DNA from: Longimicrobiales bacterium
Lineage (GTDB): Bacteria > Gemmatimonadota > Gemmatimonadetes > Longimicrobiales > Gaopeijiaceae
Length of the DNA: 64,000 bases
Direction of reading: 5' to 3'
Assembly: GCA_965116905.1 (NCBI GenBank)
Contig: OZ220732.1
Location: 2,816,001 to 2,880,000, forward strand
Positions 29,061-37,886 of the stretch are shown in pieces. The notes beneath the pieces are model-generated. The model saw only the letters and a program-made list of their open reading frames with translations. It was not told the DNA's origin and made no database searches. Position 1 is the first letter of the stretch, and the number at the start of each line of letters is the position of its first letter. The translations under genes were made by a program, and so were the position numbers.

Positions 29061-29537
29061 GTGACGGCCCTGGTCGGCGGAGTGCTCCTCGCCGCCGGCG
29101 TGGCGCTGTTCATCCTTGAACCCGTCTTCTCCGGCCGGAGAGCAACGCTGTATGGTGGGGACGACGACTTCGACGAAGGTGCCGCGCGGCGGCGGGTGGC
29201 GCTGACGGCGCTTCGGGACCTCGAGTACGACCGGGCGACGGGCAAGCTCGACGAGGAGGACTACGACGCCCTGAAGCTGGAGTTGTCCCGGGAGGCGCTC
29301 ATGCACCTCGGACGGGACGAGGAAGCGGGGGAGGGGCCCGAGACCGAGGCGCTTCGGATCTCACGGCAGCTGGAGGACGAGATCGCCCAGATCAGGCGGG
29401 CGATCCGCCGGGGCATGCAGTGCGCTTCGTGCGAGCACGTCAACAGCATCGGGGCGAGGTATTGCGGGCGTTGCGGAAAACGGCTGGCCACCGGAGCCGG
29501 TCCTTCCGGGACCTCCTCCGAGGGAGCCGGCTCTTGA
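29061..29537 (+). CDS. CcmI-N-like membrane protein with C-terminal zinc ribbon
   Basis: TM; LRDLEYDRATGKLDEEDY; CASC...CGRC. Confidence 0.65.
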   Translation: MTALVGGVLLAAGVALFILEPVFSGRRATLYGGDDDFDEGAARRRVALTALRDLEYDRATGKLDEEDYDALKLELSREALMHLGRDEEAGEGPETEALRISRQLEDEIAQIRRAIRRGMQCASCEHVNSIGARYCGRCGKRLATGAGPSGTSSEGAGS

Positions 29538-30238
29538 CCCTTGAAGGACGGGGCATCGTCTGCAACTACGCTGCGGTGCGCGCGCTCGCCGGGGTGGATG
29601 TGCACGCGGCCGGCCGTGAGATCCTGGCCATCGTGGGGCCCAACGGGGCGGGGAAGACGACGCTCCTCAAGGTGCTGAGCGGAGAGCGCAGACCCGACGA
29701 CGGCGAGGTCGTGCTCGACGGACACCGGGTGTCGGGCGCGGACGCCGCCTGGCGGGCACGGATCGGGCTGGTGTCCCACCGCACGGGTTTGTACGAGAAG
29801 CTCACCGTAACCGAGAACCTCAGGTTTTTCGCGGCCCTTCACGGCCTTGCGGGCAACGGGCGCACACTGAGCGCGACCCTGGATGCGGTCGGGGCCGCCG
29901 GATTGGCCGCCCGCCGCATCGAGGCGCTCTCGCGCGGTCAGCGCCAGAGGGTCGCCCTGGCAAGATCGCTCCTGCACGATCCCGAGGTCCTGTTCCTCGA
30001 CGAGCCGTTCACGGGGCTGGATCCCGAGGGCGCGGCAGGCCTGGAGAGGGCGCTGACGGCCCGCCGCAGCGACGGGGCGGTGGTCGTCCTCGTGACGCAC
30101 GACCTGCGCCGCGGTCTCCGGCTGGCCGACCGGGTCGTCGTCCTGCGCCGGGGCCGGAAGGTCTTCGACGGCGAGGCGGCCGAGGAGGGGGCCGGCGAGA
30201 TCCTGGATCGCTTCACCGCGGGAGCGGGCGGGCCGTGA
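29534..30238 (+). CDS. ccmA: Heme ABC exporter ATP-binding subunit
   Basis: GPNGAGKTT, LSRGQRQR, LFLDEP, VTHD; lies within the ccm operon. Confidence 0.88.
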   Translation: MTLEGRGIVCNYAAVRALAGVDVHAAGREILAIVGPNGAGKTTLLKVLSGERRPDDGEVVLDGHRVSGADAAWRARIGLVSHRTGLYEKLTVTENLRFFAALHGLAGNGRTLSATLDAVGAAGLAARRIEALSRGQRQRVALARSLLHDPEVLFLDEPFTGLDPEGAAGLERALTARRSDGAVVVLVTHDLRRGLRLADRVVVLRRGRKVFDGEAAEEGAGEILDRFTAGAGGP

Positions 30239-30915
30239 TGGAGGAGCTGCGCTGGACGTGGCTGATCGCGCGCAAGGACCTGAGCCTCGAGTTCCGGGCC
30301 GCGGGCCGGTTGCTTTCCATGATCGCGTTCGTTGTCCTTGCCGGATTCCTCTTCGGCTTTGCGCTCGACAAGGGCCAGGTGCCCGGACGCGCGGTGGTCG
30401 CGAGTCTCACCTGGCTCACCGTCCTCTTCGCCTCGACGGCCGGCGCCGGACGGATATTCGACATGGAGGAGGAGGACGGCGCCTTCCGCCACGTCCTTCT
30501 CACGCCGGTCTCGAGGCGCGCCGTGTTCCTGGGGAAGACTGCGGCGAATCTCGTGCTGACCTGGCTGATCACCGCACTCTCGTTCATCGCGCTCACCAGC
30601 TTTCTCGGAGTCCGCACCTCCGGGTCGCTGGCCGCGCATGCGGCGATCTTCCTGCCGGGCACGATCGGGCTGTCGGCGACCGCGACCTTCTTCGGGCGCA
30701 TGTCGCGGCACAGCAACCTGGGCGATTCGCTGCTGCCGGTACTCACGTTCCCGTTGCTCGCTCCCGTGATGTTCTTAGGGGCCACGGCCTCGGCACGGGT
30801 TTTCATGGCCTTGCCGTGGGATGAGATTTCGAGTCTGGTTCGCCTGCTCTGGGCGTTTGCGATTGGCTCGGTGGCGGTCGGTGCCGTCCTCTTTCATCAG
30901 CTGACCGACGAATAG
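30235..30915 (+). CDS. ccmB: Heme exporter membrane subunit CcmB
   Basis: KDLSLEFR, EEEDG, FLGK, LLPVLTFPL; about 6 TM. Confidence 0.88.
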   Translation: MMEELRWTWLIARKDLSLEFRAAGRLLSMIAFVVLAGFLFGFALDKGQVPGRAVVASLTWLTVLFASTAGAGRIFDMEEEDGAFRHVLLTPVSRRAVFLGKTAANLVLTWLITALSFIALTSFLGVRTSGSLAAHAAIFLPGTIGLSATATFFGRMSRHSNLGDSLLPVLTFPLLAPVMFLGATASARVFMALPWDEISSLVRLLWAFAIGSVAVGAVLFHQLTDE

Positions 30916-30925
30916 GGGTTTCCGA

Positions 30926-31648
30926 ATGGAGTCTACAAGGGTGCGAACCGCAGGCAGGGTGCGAACCGCAGGCGTGTTGCTCGTGTGGGCAGGCATCGCC
31001 GCCATCCTGCTGGTGCACTGGATGGTTGCCTTCTGGGTCCCGACGGAAGCGGCCCAGGGCGTGGTGCAGCGAATCTTCTACGTGCACGTGCCAGCGGCCT
31101 GGACGACGTTCCTGGCGTTCGGGATCGTGGCTCTCGCAAGCGCCGCGTATCTCTGGCTGGAGGACGAACGCGCCGACGCCGCCGCGGTGGCCGCGGCCGA
31201 AGGCGGACTGATCTACGGGGCCATCATGCTCATCTCCGGTCCGTTGTGGGGCCGGGTCGCGTGGGGCACCTACTGGACCTGGGAGCCGCGGCTGACGCTG
31301 ACGCTGCTGCTCTGGTTCACCTACCTGGGATACTTCCTCGTCAGGGGATCTGTGGCCGACCCGCGGCGGGGGAAGCGCTTCGCGGCGGTGATCGCGATCG
31401 TGGGCTCCCTGAATATCCCGCTGATCCATGTCAGCGTCTCCTGGTTCAGGTCGCTGCACCCCGGGCCGGTCGTCATCAAGCCCGAGGGCCCCACCCTTCA
31501 CCCGGATATGCTGACGACCCTTCTGGTTTCGTTGGCCGGTTTCACGATGGTCTTTCTCGGGCTCTTCGCGCTCCGATACTCGATCGAGCTCGCCGCCAGG
31601 CGGCAGGCGCGGGTTGAGGATGCCGCACTCGCTGGAGGAATCGCATGA
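30926..31648 (+). CDS. ccmC: Heme exporter/WWD protein CcmC
   Basis: RIFYVHVP, WGRVAWGTYWTWEPRLT, RSLHP. Confidence 0.92.
   Translation: MESTRVRTAGRVRTAGVLLVWAGIAAILLVHWMVAFWVPTEAAQGVVQRIFYVHVPAAWTTFLAFGIVALASAAYLWLEDERADAAAVAAAEGGLIYGAIMLISGPLWGRVAWGTYWTWEPRLTLTLLLWFTYLGYFLVRGSVADPRRGKRFAAVIAIVGSLNIPLIHVSVSWFRSLHPGPVVIKPEGPTLHPDMLTTLLVSLAGFTMVFLGLFALRYSIELAARRQARVEDAALAGGIA
30938..30973 (+). repeat. Perfect 18-bp tandem duplication (RVRTAG x2) at the ccmC N-terminus
   Basis: AGGGTGCGAACCGCAGGC x2. Confidence 0.9.
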
Positions 31649-31887
31649 TATATCGCATCAGATCTCGAATCTGTACGGTGCTGCTCTGCTCGGCGGCAAC
31701 TCCGGCGGCCCTGTTCGCGCAGGCCACGGAGGCCGGGCGTGGCGCGCTGCGTCCCTACGTCCACGTCCTCCTCGCCTACGGGATCACGTGGGTGCTGATC
31801 GCCCTCTGGGTGTGGATGATCGCGCGGAAGATGAAGCGCCTGGCGGCTGGCGAATCCGGGCGCCCGGCGAACGATGGCGGCTCGTAG
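31645..31887 (+). CDS. ccmD: CcmD-like small membrane protein
   Basis: HVLLAYGITW TM followed by a basic tail, directly after ccmC. Confidence 0.65.
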   Translation: MIYRIRSRICTVLLCSAATPAALFAQATEAGRGALRPYVHVLLAYGITWVLIALWVWMIARKMKRLAAGESGRPANDGGS

Positions 31888-33205
31888 CAGTCCGTGGATA
31901 AAGCCGCCCGAGCACCGAGAGCGGCGAGGCGCCGGGTGCCGGGCGGTTCCGGTCCTCGTTGCGCTGCTGCTGTTCGTCCAGCCCGCAGCGGCCCAGTCCA
32001 ACCGTTATTCGACCACGCTTCGCTACGGGTCCGGGATCCTCGACGTCCCCGTCGCGACCGTGCTGCCGCACCTGACGATCACCGCGACCTATTCGGGGTT
32101 CGGACTTGCGCGGCACGGGTCTCATGGTTCCGGGTGGCCGGACGGGGGGCGCGACGGCAGGAGGAAGGGGACCCGGTGGCTGTCGGACGGCTCGGTGGCC
32201 ATTGGACTCTTCGACCGTCTGGAGGCGGGTGCGACGCTACAGCAACTGGCGGAGGCGCGCGATGGCGGGAGTCTGGTCGGGGGGTTCGGCCGTCTGTCCC
32301 TGCTGCCGCGTTCGCTGCGGCGCCTCCACCTTGCGGTCGGGGCGCGCTACGTCACGTCGCCTTCCATCGGCGGCCCGTACATCGTGGCGACGGCGGAACT
32401 TCCCGGTGTGGAAGCGATGCCCTTCGATTACGACATGACGGTGAGTGCGGGATGGGGAGGGGGGCTCTTCTCGGCGGGCGGCGACCCCGACTTCCATCGC
32501 GAGACCATCACCGGCGGGATGTTTGCCGGGTCCGCGCTTCACGTGAACCTCGGGACGGCTGCCGGTGTGAGCGTGATGGCGGAGTTCAACGGATTCGACG
32601 CAAACGCCGGCGTGCGGATCGATTTCGGAGGCGTTCAGGTGGGCGCGTTCTCGCTCGGCATGAACCACGATGGGTCGTCCGAATCCCGGTCCAGGAAGTT
32701 CGGTGTTTCGGGCTCCGTGGTCGTCTGCACGGGTGCGCTCGGACTGTGCCGCCGCCCGTCGGACGCACCAGCCGATACGGTCACGCTGCCCGCTCCGCCC
32801 CCGGACACCGTGATCATCGAGCGCGCAGTCGAGCCGCCTGCCGCCACCGGCACCCCGGCGACCCTGTGTCTGTCCACCGGAGAGCACGTCCAGGTGTGGG
32901 TCACGGCGGCAGGGGATACGCTGGTCGGCCCCGGCCGGGTATCTCTGGAGGCGCTGGGACCCGCGGTGGTGCTTGCGGGCGGCTACGCGGAGGGCCGCGA
33001 CTGGTTCGACGGCGGCCATGCCATCGAGTTCGCCGGCCGCAGCTACCGGCGGCGTGGACCCCTGGTGCCCGCGGACTGCGATGACATCGAGCGCGCCGGG
33101 CGTCACGATGGCGTCCCGCTGTTTGCGGATCGTGGGGCAGAGCCACCGTTCGACTTCGTGTTGGTTCCCGTAAGACCAGGTGTGTGGGCCCGTTACGAGA
33201 ACTGA
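31874..33205 (+). CDS. Hypothetical exported protein, probable outer-membrane beta-barrel plus C-terminal domain
   Basis: Signal peptide ending QPAAAQ; amphipathic beta strands; Pro-rich linker; start uncertain. Confidence 0.6.
   Translation: MAARSSPWIKPPEHRERRGAGCRAVPVLVALLLFVQPAAAQSNRYSTTLRYGSGILDVPVATVLPHLTITATYSGFGLARHGSHGSGWPDGGRDGRRKGTRWLSDGSVAIGLFDRLEAGATLQQLAEARDGGSLVGGFGRLSLLPRSLRRLHLAVGARYVTSPSIGGPYIVATAELPGVEAMPFDYDMTVSAGWGGGLFSAGGDPDFHRETITGGMFAGSALHVNLGTAAGVSVMAEFNGFDANAGVRIDFGGVQVGAFSLGMNHDGSSESRSRKFGVSGSVVVCTGALGLCRRPSDAPADTVTLPAPPPDTVIIERAVEPPAATGTPATLCLSTGEHVQVWVTAAGDTLVGPGRVSLEALGPAVVLAGGYAEGRDWFDGGHAIEFAGRSYRRRGPLVPADCDDIERAGRHDGVPLFADRGAEPPFDFVLVPVRPGVWARYEN
31885..31910 (+). 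repeat. Partial second copy of the 20480 element (left end only)
   Basis: TAGCAGTCCGTGGATAAAGCCGCCCG, 25/26 identical to 20480-20505. Confidence 0.8.
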
Positions 33206-33238
33206 TCGATCCAGCCGGATATCCAGCGGAATACTTGA

Positions 33239-34603
33239 CTAAGTCATGTGGGGCACGGGACCGGGTGCTTCCGAGTCCAGCCATCGGGCGACTTCCGGGG
33301 TCAGGTCGTCAGCGGTGTCGATGTCTGCTTCCACCTCCAGCCAGGTGACCGACAATCCGAGTCGTGCAGCCCTCGTCAGGGTCGCCGCGAGGACGGAGTC
33401 GGTGCTCCAGGGAATCCCGGCGAACAGGTCCCGATGGGGCCTTCCCAGGCCCACGAGATAGTACCCTCCGTCCCGCGCGGGGCCGATGACCACGTCGGCT
33501 GTGTCGAGCGCTTCGACGGCTCGCGCCACCGTGCCCGCGTCGACGGCGGGGGTGTCGGTACCGATCACGACGACGCGATCCGCGTCGGTGAAGGCGCGTT
33601 CCACCATGCGCGACATTCTGGCCCCCAGGTCGCCGTCCCCCTGGGGCCAGCACCGGGGCGGCGGGGGGCCGAGCCAGTGCCTGATCTCCGCTTCGCCGTC
33701 CGGCGGGTCGTAGCAGACGACCACCCGGGCCGGCGCGCGGTGGACGTTGGCGACGATCAGGCGGCCCATGCGGCGGTAGAGCTCGGCGGCGCGTTCTTCG
33801 CCGACGGCGCGTGCCAGCCGCGTCTTGACGGTGCCGGGTCGAGGCGCCTTGGCGAAGACGAGAAGCGTGATCCTGTCCGGATCCGCGTCCGGGGTGTGTG
33901 CGGCCGCGCCCGGGCGCTTCGCCCTCCGAGGGGGGTATTCGGAAACAAGGCGGGAGGGGTCCGCCCCCGCCAGAAAGCGCGCCATCGTGCGCGTGTTGCG
34001 AAGCCATGCCCTGATCCGTCCTTCCTCTTCGTAGCGCCGCGAGCTGGTCGTCAGCCTGCCGGCAAGGGGCACGAGCCGTCCCGTGTCCAGCAATCGCCGG
34101 TTCAGGAGTACGTCCTCCATGATCGGCTCGTCGGGGTAGCCGCCTGCGTCGGCGAAGCGGTCGCGCCGGATCAGCAGGCCCTGGTCTCCGCACACCACAC
34201 CGCACAGCCGTTCCCGAAGCCTCTGCCCGCCTTCGATCAGACGGTAGAAGAAGTGTTCGTCCGCGATGGCCAGACGGAAGTACGCCGCCTCGGCAGTGTC
34301 GTGCTCGACGTGGCGCGCGATGGAGCGCAGCGCGGTATCATCCAGGCGCGAGTCGGCGTGCAGGAACAGGAGCCACCGGGTTCCGGCGAAGGCCGCGCCC
34401 GCGTTCATCTGCCGGGCCCGGCCACACCGGCTCCTCATGACCTCGGCTCCGCCGGTCCTCGCCGCCGCGGCGGTCCCGTCCCCTGACCCCCCGTCCACGA
34501 CCAGCACGCGATGATCGATTGCGAGGCCGCCAAGATCCTCGAGAAGGGACGGCAGCGCCTCCTCCTCGTCCAGTGCGGGGACGACGACGCCGAGGGGGGT
34601 CAT
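33239..34603 (-). CDS. Fused GT2 (TIGR04283-like) and DUF2064 (TIGR04282-like) glycosyltransferase
   Basis: N-terminal VVVPALDEE, VVDGGS, GRARQMNAGA, LFLHAD, GDQGL, PIMED, SSRRY; C-terminal FAKAPRPGTVKTRL, GDLGARM, IGTDTP, GPARDGGYYL, IPWST, DIDT. Confidence 0.85.
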   Translation of the reverse strand: MTPLGVVVPALDEEEALPSLLEDLGGLAIDHRVLVVDGGSGDGTAAAARTGGAEVMRSRCGRARQMNAGAAFAGTRWLLFLHADSRLDDTALRSIARHVEHDTAEAAYFRLAIADEHFFYRLIEGGQRLRERLCGVVCGDQGLLIRRDRFADAGGYPDEPIMEDVLLNRRLLDTGRLVPLAGRLTTSSRRYEEEGRIRAWLRNTRTMARFLAGADPSRLVSEYPPRRAKRPGAAAHTPDADPDRITLLVFAKAPRPGTVKTRLARAVGEERAAELYRRMGRLIVANVHRAPARVVVCYDPPDGEAEIRHWLGPPPPRCWPQGDGDLGARMSRMVERAFTDADRVVVIGTDTPAVDAGTVARAVEALDTADVVIGPARDGGYYLVGLGRPHRDLFAGIPWSTDSVLAATLTRAARLGLSVTWLEVEADIDTADDLTPEVARWLDSEAPGPVPHMT

Positions 34604-34661
34604 TTCACGCTCCGCGCCGGCGCTGTCCGGGCAGCGGCGCACGCGGCCCCATGCGCAACCA

Positions 34662-36290
34662 TCAGTGACGGGTGTCGTTCAGGGTCCAGTCGTAGTCGAA
34701 GAAGGCGAGTCTGGCCCGGGGATCGGCGACGGCGTCCCGGTCGGCCCCGTCGAGGTACTCGGCGAAGAAGGCCAGGACGCCCTCGTGGCCCCCGAAGTCC
34801 TCGTTGAACCAGTCGAGCACCCGGTTGGTGGTCACGGTCGGGGTCCCGTCCGTGAGCGATACCTCGAAATGGGCGGAGTCGCGGACGAATGCCATCACCC
34901 GCTCGTCCAGCTGCCGGTCCAGCGTCGCCCCGCGATAGGCCTGGGGGACGAGGGGCGGACAGCTCAGCGCGGCGCAGTTGATCGCGAGGTGGATGCGGGG
35001 ATCCCCCATGGGACGGATGATTTCGTGTTCGATTTCGTCCTGGGAACGGTCGGCCCCGGCCACGGGGCAATGTGCGCCGGTGAACACGTCGTCGATCTGC
35101 CACACCGAGTTCTCGGGCCGGTCGGCGGCGGCGTTCTTCAGCCGCAGCAAGCCGCCCGCCTTCCGAATCGGATAGTGCTCGATCACGCGCTTGAGCATGC
35201 ACGCGTTGTAGGCGTTGATCCAGAAGGCGAGCCGCTCATCCCTGTTCGCGGCCTCCAGGGCCGACCGCTCGGTGGAGGCCAGCGCGGCGATGTAGCGCTC
35301 GAGTCCTGCCGGGTCGGCGGCCAGACGCGAGTAGTTCACCACCGGCCCCTCGACGACGGTGGCGAGTACCTGCGTAAGGGCGGAGTGATCGGGCAGCTGT
35401 GGGCGCGCACCGGCCTCCTGCAGGGGGCTTGCCGGGCGTCCGGCAAGCGAGAGCCCAACGAGGGGCAGGACGATGGCGGACATTCCGGGCAGTCTGACAC
35501 CCAGGCGTTTCAGTATGGCGGGCAGAAAACTCAGGAGAAGCAGGAGGCCCCCGGCCAGGAGGACGCTGTACAGCGCGTCCCTCGACGCTTCCAGGGAGCC
35601 CTGCAGAAGAGAGTCGGCGAAGAACGTGTAGACGGCGGTGCCGGGAAGGATGCCGACCAGCGTCGCGACCGCGTACGTGCGCCATTTGAGGGCCACGAGG
35701 CCCGACCCGAAGTTGAGGGCGTTGAAGGGGACGAGGGGGATGAGGCGAAGCGTCAGCAGTCCCCGGAAACCGTGCTTTCCGACGACCGTGTCCAGCTTCC
35801 GGAGGGCCGCCGAGTCATCGCCCATCAGGCGTCGCACGCCGTCCCCGCCCAGCGTGCGCGCGAGCACGAACGCGGCGTTGGCGCCGATGTTGGCGGCCAC
35901 GAAGTTGAAGAGCGTTCCCCAGTAGAACCCGAACACGGCGCCGCCGGCGAGCGTAAGGATGGTGCCCGGGACTGCCAGCGCGGTGGCCGTCGCGTAGGTC
36001 GCCACGAAGATCAGCGGTGCCCAGGGATTGCCCCGCAGCAACTCGATCGCCTCTCCGATGCCCTCCCGCGTCAGGTAGGCTCCGAGCGGTGTCCGGGCGG
36101 CCGCGACGTACGCGCCGATGAGCAGGATGGCCAGGATCGCCAGCTTCAGGAGCGCGCCGCCGCGTCCCGGGGCTTGTGGTGCCGCGGTCGAGGATCCGGT
36201 CTGCCCGGTACTTGCGGATCGGCCTGCGGATCGGCCTGCGGATCGGTCGGAGCCGTTGCCGGGCCGGCGGTCTTCGTCTACTTGAGCCAT
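34662..36290 (-). CDS. TVP38/DedA (SNARE-associated) domain fused to DUF547
   Basis: VPGTILTLAGGAVFG, LRLIPLVPFNALN; LAFWINAYNA, DPRIHLAINCAALSCPPL, YDWTLN. Confidence 0.85.
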   Translation of the reverse strand: MAQVDEDRRPGNGSDRSAGRSAGRSASTGQTGSSTAAPQAPGRGGALLKLAILAILLIGAYVAAARTPLGAYLTREGIGEAIELLRGNPWAPLIFVATYATATALAVPGTILTLAGGAVFGFYWGTLFNFVAANIGANAAFVLARTLGGDGVRRLMGDDSAALRKLDTVVGKHGFRGLLTLRLIPLVPFNALNFGSGLVALKWRTYAVATLVGILPGTAVYTFFADSLLQGSLEASRDALYSVLLAGGLLLLLSFLPAILKRLGVRLPGMSAIVLPLVGLSLAGRPASPLQEAGARPQLPDHSALTQVLATVVEGPVVNYSRLAADPAGLERYIAALASTERSALEAANRDERLAFWINAYNACMLKRVIEHYPIRKAGGLLRLKNAAADRPENSVWQIDDVFTGAHCPVAGADRSQDEIEHEIIRPMGDPRIHLAINCAALSCPPLVPQAYRGATLDRQLDERVMAFVRDSAHFEVSLTDGTPTVTTNRVLDWFNEDFGGHEGVLAFFAEYLDGADRDAVADPRARLAFFDYDWTLNDTRH

Positions 36291-37717
36291 TGGATGATTC
36301 TCTTGAGCAGCCGGCCCGATGTCGTGTCGAGTCGGGAGCGCATGTATTCGCCCGCCGCCCGCTTTACGCCTTCGACCATTGTCGGGTACGGGAAGATGGT
36401 GTTGGCGATCCGGCCGAGGGTCAGCCCGTGCTGCCTGGCCATGACCAGCGGCAGGATCAGTTCCCCGCCGCCGTGCGCGACGATGGTGGCTCCGAGCACC
36501 CTGCCCCTGCGGTCGGCGGATACCTTGGCGAACCCCACCGCCGAGGCGTCCACGATGGCGCGGTCGAGGTCGTCGAGCTCATAGCGGTAGGTCGTTCCGC
36601 CCCGGGCCTCGGCCTCGGCCTCCGACATGCCCACGTGCGCGATCTCGGGATCGGTGTAGGTCACCCACGGGACGCTGTCGTAACGGATTTTGGTGCTGCC
36701 CGGGATGACTGCGTTGCGCAGCGCCACCTTGGCCATCTGTTCGGCGACATGCGTGAACTGGAGCGCGCCTGTGACGTCGCCCACCGCCCACGCGGCACCG
36801 GAAGAGGTCTGCAGCCGGGAGTCGACGACCACGGCACCCTTCTCCGTCCGGATCCCGGCGGCCTCCAGGTTCAGGCCGTCCGTCATGGGCCGGCGTCCGG
36901 TGGCCACGAACACGCGGTCGGCAGTCACGGAGGTCCCGTCGCTCGTATCCACAACCGTGGTGTTTCCTTCGGCACGAACCCCGGTCGCCATGGTCCCGAC
37001 GCGAATCTCCAGGCCCTCGGCAGTCAGGAGGCGGTGCATGAAGGCGGCGACATCGGGGTCCTCCCGAATCAGAATCGACGGAGCCATCTCGATGACCGTC
37101 ACGCGGGCCCCGAGTCGCGCGAAGACCTGGGCGAACTCCAGTCCGATCGGACCTGCCCCCAGAATCGCCACCGAACCGGGCAGTTCGTTCTGATCGAACA
37201 CGGTCTCGTACGTCCAGTAGTCCACGTCCTCCAGGCCGGGGATGGGGGGAGTAGCCGGCACCGCGCCGGTGGCGATCACGAACCGCTTCGACCGGATTCT
37301 TCCGACGCCCTCCACCTCCACGGTCGATGCGTCCAGGAACCTCGCGGCCCCGAAGTCGACCGACACCCCCATCTTGCGGAACCTCTCCGGGTCGTCGTGA
37401 TGGGCGACGGTCGCGCGCGCGGCCCTCATTCGCTCCATGACCGCGCCGAAATCGCTCCGGACGCCGTCGGCCCGCAGTCCCAGCGTGGAAGCCTGCTCGA
37501 TGTTGTGGGCCAGCCGCGCGGACGCGATCAGCGCCTTCGAGGGCACGCACCCGGTCCAGAGGCAATCTCCGCCGAGCGCCGACTTCTCCACGAGGGCGGG
37601 CTTGAGGCCCAGGTAGGCCGCTCCGGCCGCGGTCACCAGGCCCCCCGTGCCGCCGCCAATGGCGACCAGATCGCAGTCGCGCGAAAAGTTGGCTCGTTCA
37701 GACATGTAATCGCCCAT
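36278..37717 (-). CDS. Pyridine nucleotide-disulfide oxidoreductase (MerA/Lpd-like)
   Basis: IGGGTGG, GGDCLWTGCVPSK, LGAGPIGLE, FPYPT; no MerA C-terminal Cys-Cys; start lies between 37705 and 37735. Confidence 0.88.
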   Translation of the reverse strand: MGDYMSERANFSRDCDLVAIGGGTGGLVTAAGAAYLGLKPALVEKSALGGDCLWTGCVPSKALIASARLAHNIEQASTLGLRADGVRSDFGAVMERMRAARATVAHHDDPERFRKMGVSVDFGAARFLDASTVEVEGVGRIRSKRFVIATGAVPATPPIPGLEDVDYWTYETVFDQNELPGSVAILGAGPIGLEFAQVFARLGARVTVIEMAPSILIREDPDVAAFMHRLLTAEGLEIRVGTMATGVRAEGNTTVVDTSDGTSVTADRVFVATGRRPMTDGLNLEAAGIRTEKGAVVVDSRLQTSSGAAWAVGDVTGALQFTHVAEQMAKVALRNAVIPGSTKIRYDSVPWVTYTDPEIAHVGMSEAEAEARGGTTYRYELDDLDRAIVDASAVGFAKVSADRRGRVLGATIVAHGGGELILPLVMARQHGLTLGRIANTIFPYPTMVEGVKRAAGEYMRSRLDTTSGRLLKRIIQWLK

Positions 37718-37751
37718 GAATAAGGATACCTTCACCCGTGTGCAGCAGAGC

Positions 37752-37779
37752 TTGACCGGGAGCTATTTCGTTTTATCTT
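37752..37779 (+). promoter_or_regulatory. Putative recA promoter
   Basis: TTGACC-N16-TATCTT in an AT-rich patch. Confidence 0.5.
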
Positions 37780-37886
37780 CGGTTTAGCATTCGTCGGTTT
37801 GCGAGCAGCGGCGGCCGAATCCTCCGGAAGCCGGTGGTGTCGCGTAACCGACCCCACGCCCCCTGAGGGCAAGCGAAAGGTCGTAA

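Noticed and set aside
36278..37735. Mercuric reductase merA call
   Set aside because: No C-terminal Cys-Cys, no NmerA domain and no mer genes nearby.
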